This document shows, piece by piece, positions 17,741 through 23,273 of a DNA stretch of 32,000 nt; the stretch's first letter is position 1; the number at the start of each line of letters is the position of its first letter. Source of the DNA: Desulfotalea psychrophila LSv54. Its GTDB lineage: Bacteria; Desulfobacterota; Desulfobulbia; Desulfobulbales; Desulfocapsaceae. The notes beneath the pieces were generated by a model. That model was given only the letters and a program-made list of their open reading frames with translations. It ran no database searches and was not told the DNA's origin. The stretch covers positions 3,030,001-3,062,000 of the forward strand of contig NC_006138.1 in assembly GCF_000025945.1 (NCBI RefSeq), written 5' to 3'. A program made the position numbers and the translations under genes.

Positions 17741-18005
17741 CTATATTGGAACTGGCAATCTCAACCAAATTAACAGTGTAAAAAAGAGTCTGCCAACCCA
17801 ACCAGAACAAAACACTGTAACAGATGGACAGTTTACCTCTGCCCTTAACAACGCTCAATCACCAACAAAAGCAATGAATACAGCAGAATCCACCCGAGCA
17901 GATCGGATTGCAGCGATTAAAACACAGGTCGCTGAGGGATCGTACAAGCCTGATATGGAAAAAGTTTCTGCCTCTCTTCTTCAATTCTTAGTCAAGGAAA
18001 ATTAA
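17733..18005 (+). CDS. flgM: Anti-sigma-28 factor FlgM
   Basis: About 90 aa. C-terminal FlgM signature (RADRIAAIKTQVAEGSYKPDMEKVSASLLQF). I prefer the ATG at 17733, which has AGGTGA 5 nt upstream, over the listed GTG at 17724. Confidence 0.85.
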   Translation: MINYIGTGNLNQINSVKKSLPTQPEQNTVTDGQFTSALNNAQSPTKAMNTAESTRADRIAAIKTQVAEGSYKPDMEKVSASLLQFLVKEN

Positions 18006-18006
18006 C

Positions 18007-18360
18007 ATGGCCCCGAGATCGACCCACCAACGACTACAAAGACTTCATGAGCTCCTGCTAGAGGAACGTGATTGTGCCAAGAAACTCAATATCAATGGAA
18101 TGTTGGCAGTAGTTCGGGAAAAGGAAGACCTCATCCAAATACTCAGTGGGGGCACAGCCATTGATGACAGCAGTAAGCCTCTTGCTGAAAAGGTACGTGA
18201 CGAAAATCGCCGTAATGCCTTCCTGTTCAAGACTACCCTTGGTTGGATTCGTGCAACCATGGAATTTCTTAGCAAGAAGACTGTAATGAATACATACTCA
18301 GCTGCCGCCGTAACAGTTCCCGCAGGAACAAACGGCAGAATACTCTCAGGGAAAATTTGA
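18007..18360 (+). CDS. flgN: Probable FlgK/FlgL export chaperone FlgN
   Basis: 117 aa, helical, with FlgN-like N-terminus LQRLHELLLEERDCAKKLN...VVREKEDLIQIL. Sits in the conserved flgM-flgN-flgK position. Confidence 0.6.
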   Translation: MAPRSTHQRLQRLHELLLEERDCAKKLNINGMLAVVREKEDLIQILSGGTAIDDSSKPLAEKVRDENRRNAFLFKTTLGWIRATMEFLSKKTVMNTYSAAAVTVPAGTNGRILSGKI

Positions 18361-18361
18361 T

Positions 18362-19804
18362 ATGGCCGGTTTATTTAATGCCCTCAATGCAGGACGCACC
18401 TCGCTTGAGGTAAGTCAGAAACAGATTGAAATTTCAGGTAACAATATAGCTAATGTCAACACCAAAGGCTATTCCAAACAATCTGCCAAGCTTAGTCCCT
18501 ACCCAGCAATGAACTTTGGCGGCTTCTTTGTCGGTCAAGGCGTCAAAGTGACTGACGTTGATCGACAGCATAATACCTTTATCAGCAATCAGTTGGTGAA
18601 TAAATCCGTTGACTACGGTTACGAAAACAGCAAGACAGCAAGCTTTGCAGAAATCGAACGGATCTTCAGCGTCTCAAAGGATAATCTGGCAGGTGACATA
18701 GATCATTTCTTTGATTCCTGGCAGGAGCTGTCAACCAAACCCACCGACGTTGTCCTCCGTGATATAACCCTGCAAAAAGGTAGTGTCCTTGCTGCCAAGT
18801 TTAACAACAGCGCCAACGAACTTGACCAGGTACAAAAAAACATCGGGGCTCAGCTTAAATCAGGAGTGTCCGAGGTCAATAATAAGCTGAAGCAACTTGG
18901 TGAATTAAACGACCGTATCTATCAGATCGAAAACAACGGACAAACAGCAAACGGTGCCCGAGATTCTCGTGAGTCCCTCCTCCAAGAGCTGGCCCAAACA
19001 ATCGGTGCCCAGTCCTATGAACTCAGTAGCGGCATGGTCAATGTGCAACTACCCTCCGGCCTCCCCCTAGTCAACGGAAATTCAGCATCCACCATCGAGA
19101 CCGTACAGAATGGTCCAACTGTGGGCCTGAAACTCCACACTACTGGAGCAACAAGAGAGCTTGGCACCAAGAGCATGGGTGGAGAATTCGCTGGTCTGTT
19201 GGATCTACAGGATGAGGTTATCCCCGCCTTGGAAGACAATTTGAACCAACTTGCCTATAGTTTAATTACCAAGGTCAACGAGCTTCACCAGGGTGGCGCC
19301 GGCCTCGACGGCAGCACAGGGCACCTCTTTTTTGAAGAACCACCCCACACAAACGATGTGCCGATAGATCCTGCCACAGGTCCAAGCAAAGATAATTGGC
19401 AGGATGCCGCAAGAGCAATGAAGGTATCACTCTCCGGAGCAGCTCAGGTCGCAGCGGCTCAAAAGCCAACCGACGGGACATCGTCCAAGGTTGGAGATAA
19501 CACCAATGCCCTTAAGATTGCCGATTTAAGCTATGCCCTTGTCGTTAACGGCACAGACAGCTTTAATTCTTTTTATGGCAAAATCACCTCAACAATCGGC
19601 ATTGGCAGCAACCAGAACAAACTCAACCTTAAGGGTGCTGAAGATGCCCTTGTCCAGGTGAAAAATTTACGAGATAGTGCTGCTGGTGTATCCCTTGAAG
19701 AGGAGATGATCAGTCTCATTCAATTTCAAAACAGCTTTCAGTCATCCGCCAAATTTCTCTCCACGGTGGACGAGTTAATGGACACCCTCCTTAATATGCG
19801 ATAG
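18362..19804 (+). CDS. flgK: Flagellar hook-associated protein 1 (FlgK)
   Basis: N-terminal ISGNNIANVNTKGYSKQ and C-terminal SLEEEMISLIQFQNSFQSSAKFLSTVDELMDTLLNM. Confidence 0.93.
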   Translation: MAGLFNALNAGRTSLEVSQKQIEISGNNIANVNTKGYSKQSAKLSPYPAMNFGGFFVGQGVKVTDVDRQHNTFISNQLVNKSVDYGYENSKTASFAEIERIFSVSKDNLAGDIDHFFDSWQELSTKPTDVVLRDITLQKGSVLAAKFNNSANELDQVQKNIGAQLKSGVSEVNNKLKQLGELNDRIYQIENNGQTANGARDSRESLLQELAQTIGAQSYELSSGMVNVQLPSGLPLVNGNSASTIETVQNGPTVGLKLHTTGATRELGTKSMGGEFAGLLDLQDEVIPALEDNLNQLAYSLITKVNELHQGGAGLDGSTGHLFFEEPPHTNDVPIDPATGPSKDNWQDAARAMKVSLSGAAQVAAAQKPTDGTSSKVGDNTNALKIADLSYALVVNGTDSFNSFYGKITSTIGIGSNQNKLNLKGAEDALVQVKNLRDSAAGVSLEEEMISLIQFQNSFQSSAKFLSTVDELMDTLLNMR

Positions 19805-19844
19805 GCTGTTGACGTAAAATCAAGGCAAAGATTAGAGGTTTTTT

Positions 19845-22118
19845 ATGAAAGTTACCAATAGCAGTACATATCGCCAGCTTCTGACAAATATAAACAGAAA
19901 TCAGAAGAGTCTTCAAAATTTGTACCTGCAAAACAGTAGCGGTATTAAATTTAATCGAGCCTCCGATAATCCTGCCGCTATCTTGCCAGTATTATCAAGT
20001 CGTAGCCAGATAACCCTCAATGAACGTTTTCTCTCAACCCTTGGCAGTTCCGCCGACCAAATGGCCTCTACTGATACTAGCCTGGGCGCCATGGAAAATG
20101 TTCTGCAACGGGTCAAAGAGATTAGCGTCAATACCATAAATGCCAGCTTGAGCCAAAAAGACCTCAATGTTTTTGCTGATGAGGTGGGTGAACTGAAAAA
20201 GCAGATGCTTGATACTGCCAATGCCCAGGTTGATGGTCAGTACATATTCTCCGGCTATTCGGTCACCGACGCTCCCTTTGTTGCCAACCCAGACTACGAG
20301 GATAGCCGCTACGACGAAGGCGACCGCAGCACCTGGCCGATCATCTACAAGGGCGACAACAATCGAGCAAGTCTTGAAGTGGCAGAGGGCGAATACCTCG
20401 ACATAAGCATCACCGGCAACGAACTTTTTTCCGGTATCGAAAACAGCAATTGGGAAAGCCCAAACCAACCGGGCCTCAAAGGCGACTCTCTTCCCTCATC
20501 TGGCCCCGTTAACCCCGGAAAGCCAGGTGATATCCTTATCAAAACGGGCGAGAAAGAGAGCACTATTCCGCAATCGTTCTTAACCGACACCGGGGACAAC
20601 TATGCGGCAAAACTTGCCAGTTTGTTGGAAAACCCTCCGCAAAAGCTGACAGGACTTGATGGCCTACAAAACTACCGGACAGGCGACAGTTATAAGCTCG
20701 ATATTACCAGTGCCGGCAGTACCATCCCCATAGAACTTAACGGCACCCCCGGCCAAGAGTTTAGCCTTGCAGGTCTTCAGGCAGAGCTTGGCAATAAGCT
20801 TACTCCACCAGACCCTAACGCAACCTCAGGTACTCTGGCCAACGGTGTCCAGTATGATCTCTCCACAGGAGAGCTACTCCTCACCTCGGAGACCCCCGGT
20901 ACAGCGATTGAGCTGAGCGAAACGGTGACAGATGATCCAAGCCCAGTCATCTCCGGTTTTATATCCACCGACGGCAGCAAGGTGGAGGGATTGGATAAAC
21001 TTTCAGGGCTCAATCTCGGCGACGCAGATACCTATCAACTGGAAATTGAAAGCGGTGAGGAGACCGTTTCCATCTATCTTGATGGCAGCGCCGACAAGGA
21101 ATTTACCCTAGCCGGCCTCCAGACGGCCTTGGGCAAACAGCTCAGCCCAGCGGTAAATCCGCCGCCCAAAACGGGTACTCTGCAAAACGGTGTCACCTAC
21201 ACCCTTGATGATATCAGCGGCGAATTGACCTTTGCCAACTCCAGCGGCAAGGCAATAAACCTCAGCGAAAAGGTTACCGATCAGGTAAGCCCTGCGATTA
21301 AGGGCTTTGGTGAGACGAGAAAACCCAACAGTGGCCTCAATGCCACCGTCGTCGCCGCTAGCGCGGATCTCGGTAGCCCCAGCGGCACCGCTTATGCCCT
21401 GGATATTACCAGCGGCGGCAAGGCCGTCTCTATCGGCCTTGATGGTACTCCTGGGCAGGAGGTGAACATAGCAAATATCTCCATGGCCCTTGGCAAGCAA
21501 CTTTCTCCGGCAGATGCCACAGCCACCTCTGGCACCCTGAGCAATGGTGTCTCCTACGACACCTCAAGCGGAAAGTTAGTCCTAACGGGAACTGAAAATG
21601 GTGCTGATCTTGATTTAAGCACAAGCTTAAATGGCGCTCCTGCCACCACTAAAAGCCATTATGGCAGGGTAGACATTGCCACCGATAGTAACAAAAAGGT
21701 AGCCATTTCCGGGGAGGGACTCAATGGGGCAGGACTCAAGGAGACCGAGCTCAAGGGATCTGTTACCACCGATATCTTTGGTGTGCTGACTCGCCTGGAA
21801 GAATCTCTCAGGGCTGGAAATATAGATGACCCCGATGGACCCGGCGGCGGTGTCCAGGAAAATCTTGGTAAAATTGATCTTGCCGCTGAACAAAACAGAA
21901 GAAAACGAAGCCAACTCGGGGTAAAGGCGAGCCGTATCGCCCAATCAACAGACCAGCGAGAAGGCTTCCTGATTGACGTAAAATCAACCCTCTCCCGCTA
22001 TGAGGATGCTGACATGATTAAAACCCTGAATGATCTTATGCTTCAATCAACAGCACTCGAAGCGGCTCTGTCGGTAAGTGGCAAGATCTCTAAACTTTCA
22101 ATTTTAAACTACCTCTAG
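19845..22118 (+). CDS. flgL: Flagellar hook-filament junction protein FlgL (HAP3), unusually long at 757 aa
   Basis: Flagellin-like N-terminus (GIKFNRASDNPAA...) and C-terminus (LSRYEDADMIKTLNDLMLQSTALEAAL). Follows flgK. The central insertion contains three tandem modules. Confidence 0.9.
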   Translation: MKVTNSSTYRQLLTNINRNQKSLQNLYLQNSSGIKFNRASDNPAAILPVLSSRSQITLNERFLSTLGSSADQMASTDTSLGAMENVLQRVKEISVNTINASLSQKDLNVFADEVGELKKQMLDTANAQVDGQYIFSGYSVTDAPFVANPDYEDSRYDEGDRSTWPIIYKGDNNRASLEVAEGEYLDISITGNELFSGIENSNWESPNQPGLKGDSLPSSGPVNPGKPGDILIKTGEKESTIPQSFLTDTGDNYAAKLASLLENPPQKLTGLDGLQNYRTGDSYKLDITSAGSTIPIELNGTPGQEFSLAGLQAELGNKLTPPDPNATSGTLANGVQYDLSTGELLLTSETPGTAIELSETVTDDPSPVISGFISTDGSKVEGLDKLSGLNLGDADTYQLEIESGEETVSIYLDGSADKEFTLAGLQTALGKQLSPAVNPPPKTGTLQNGVTYTLDDISGELTFANSSGKAINLSEKVTDQVSPAIKGFGETRKPNSGLNATVVAASADLGSPSGTAYALDITSGGKAVSIGLDGTPGQEVNIANISMALGKQLSPADATATSGTLSNGVSYDTSSGKLVLTGTENGADLDLSTSLNGAPATTKSHYGRVDIATDSNKKVAISGEGLNGAGLKETELKGSVTTDIFGVLTRLEESLRAGNIDDPDGPGGGVQENLGKIDLAAEQNRRKRSQLGVKASRIAQSTDQREGFLIDVKSTLSRYEDADMIKTLNDLMLQSTALEAALSVSGKISKLSILNYL
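20691..21635 (+). repeat. Three tandem protein-level repeats inside flgL, starting at 20691, 21033 and 21393
   Basis: aa 283-396 YKLDITSAGSTIPIELNGTPGQEFSLAGLQAELGNKL...GTLANGVQYDL. aa 397-516 YQLEIESGEETVSIYLDGSADKEFTLAGLQTALGKQL...GTLQNGVTYTL. aa 517-597 YALDITSGGKAVSIGLDGTPGQEVNIANISMALGKQL...GTLSNGVSYDT. Unit offsets are 342 and 360 nt, and the DNA copies are clearly diverged. Confidence 0.9.
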
Positions 22119-22138
22119 GCAGAAAATTTATTTTACGA

Positions 22139-22162
22139 GGTGGCAAAATATTTACCGCCACC
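22139..22162 (+). other. Stem-loop after flgL with no U-tract
   Basis: GGTGGC-(12 nt)-GCCACC, 21 nt downstream of the flgL stop. CCCATAAGGAG follows. Confidence 0.45.
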
Positions 22163-22266
22163 CCCATAAGGAGAAGAAAGACATTTCATAAATCATCGCT
22201 ATACACTACAATTGATTATTTAAATAATTTTTTAAATTATAAACCATATTGTAACTGGATTAAATT

Positions 22267-22503
22267 ATGCTCGTACTCTCTAGAAAACTGGGTGAAGGTA
22301 TAGTCATTGGCGATGATATTGTTCTTAAAATTGTAGAAATCAAGGGCGGAACTATCCGAATCGGTATCGACGCTCCTCTGGATAAGAAAATTTACCGCCA
22401 AGAAGTATATCAACGCATCATCGCAGAAAACCAAGAGGCCAGTCAATGGTCCATTGATGACCTTGATGCAATTTCGTCACTTATCTCACCTCAACCTAAA
22501 TAA
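22267..22503 (+). CDS. csrA: Carbon storage / translational regulator CsrA, long C-terminal-tail type
   Basis: MLVLSRKLGEGIVIGDDIVLKIVEIKGGTIRIGIDAP...IYRQEVY. At 78 aa it has a C-terminal extension relative to the 61-aa E. coli protein. Adjacent to fliW. Confidence 0.95.
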   Translation: MLVLSRKLGEGIVIGDDIVLKIVEIKGGTIRIGIDAPLDKKIYRQEVYQRIIAENQEASQWSIDDLDAISSLISPQPK

Positions 22504-22509
22504 CGAGAT

Positions 22510-22965
22510 ATGAATACAATTAAAACCCGTTTTGGTGTTATTGACTACGATCCAGCCAACCTCCTACTTTTCCCTAACGGTTTGGTCGGCCTACCGCATC
22601 TGCGCAATTTCATCGTTATGCCCAACAAAAAAGAAGGCCCCCTCTTCTGGATCCAGTCCGTTGACGATCCTGATATGGCCTTTGTTCTCACCGACCCGAA
22701 CAATTTTTTCCCTGACTACCAGATACAACCCGGAAAAGATGAGCATACGACCCTTGGTATCTCGGGCAGTGATGAATACTTTATCCTCTCCGTGGTAACC
22801 GTGCCCGCCGATCAAAAGATTACCCTTAATCTGGCGGCACCAATTATTTTTACCCCGACAAACAACAGAGCCGTTCAGGTTATCCTCGGAGGTGATGGTT
22901 ACTCCACTAAAACGCCACTTCCCACCGTAAAGAGACATGAGCGAAGATCTGTCGTAAACGAATAG
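22510..22965 (+). CDS. fliW: Flagellar assembly factor FliW (CsrA antagonist, flagellin-binding)
   Basis: FGVIDYDPANLLLFPNGLVGLPHLRNFIVMP...PLFWIQSVDDPDMAFVLTDPNNFFPDYQ matches the FliW family pattern. Confidence 0.92.
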   Translation: MNTIKTRFGVIDYDPANLLLFPNGLVGLPHLRNFIVMPNKKEGPLFWIQSVDDPDMAFVLTDPNNFFPDYQIQPGKDEHTTLGISGSDEYFILSVVTVPADQKITLNLAAPIIFTPTNNRAVQVILGGDGYSTKTPLPTVKRHERRSVVNE

Positions 22966-22972
22966 AGCCTCC

Positions 22973-23004
22973 TTAGGCGAAAGATTATCTAATCTTTCGC
23001 CTAA
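22973..23004 (+). other. Perfect 15-bp stem-loop after fliW with no U-tract
   Basis: TTAGGCGAAAGATTA-TC-TAATCTTTCGCCTAA begins 8 nt after the fliW stop. The 2-nt spacer means the innermost pairs must open to form a loop. CCAATACACCACCCC follows. Confidence 0.6.
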
Positions 23005-23162
23005 CCAATACACCACCCCCACGCCCCTCTCACCAACCTGTTTTCAAAACAATTTTATCACCTTTTTACAAAACAAAGATTTTGAAATCTTTAGCTCTTT
23101 TTTGTAAATTCAGTCATTTTTTTGCTATTTTCATTTTTTCTTTTTTTTTTCATTTCATTTTC

Positions 23163-23189
23163 TAAATATTCCTCAGTCTCCACCGATAT
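23163..23189 (+). promoter_or_regulatory. Sigma-28 promoter of the flagellin gene (TAAA-N15-ACCGATAT)
   Basis: TAAA at 23163-23166, an exact 15-nt spacer, then ACCGATAT at 23182-23189. The -10 element ends 84 nt upstream of the flagellin ATG. A strongly T-rich tract lies upstream (23101-23160). Confidence 0.75.
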
Positions 23190-23211
23190 AGGATTCATAC
23201 TGGATCTCTAT

Positions 23212-23227
23212 AGATGGATTTTCATCT
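23212..23227 (+). promoter_or_regulatory. Candidate CsrA-binding hairpin in the flagellin 5' leader
   Basis: AGATG-GATTTT-CATCT is a 5-bp stem that places a GGA motif at the stem-loop junction. Confidence 0.35.
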
Positions 23228-23261
23228 GCCATAAAGATAATCTACACGGCAGTTTTACTTT

Positions 23262-23273
23262 CACGGAGGAAAC
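23262..23273 (+). promoter_or_regulatory. Flagellin Shine-Dalgarno with tandem GGA motifs (candidate second CsrA site)
   Basis: CACGGAGGAAAC lies immediately upstream of the ATG at 23274. Confidence 0.45.

Noticed and set aside
21763-21775. A third copy of the CACCGATAT sigma-28 -10-like nonamer, inside flgL
   Set aside because: No TAAA-like -35 lies 15-16 nt upstream (TCAAGGG instead). It is about 500 nt from the next start codon, so it is probably coincidental.
22142-22157. TGGCAAAATATTTACC as a possible sigma-54 promoter upstream of csrA
   Set aside because: The position 10 nt after GG is AC and not GC, and there is no TTGC element. The sequence is also part of the post-flgL hairpin.
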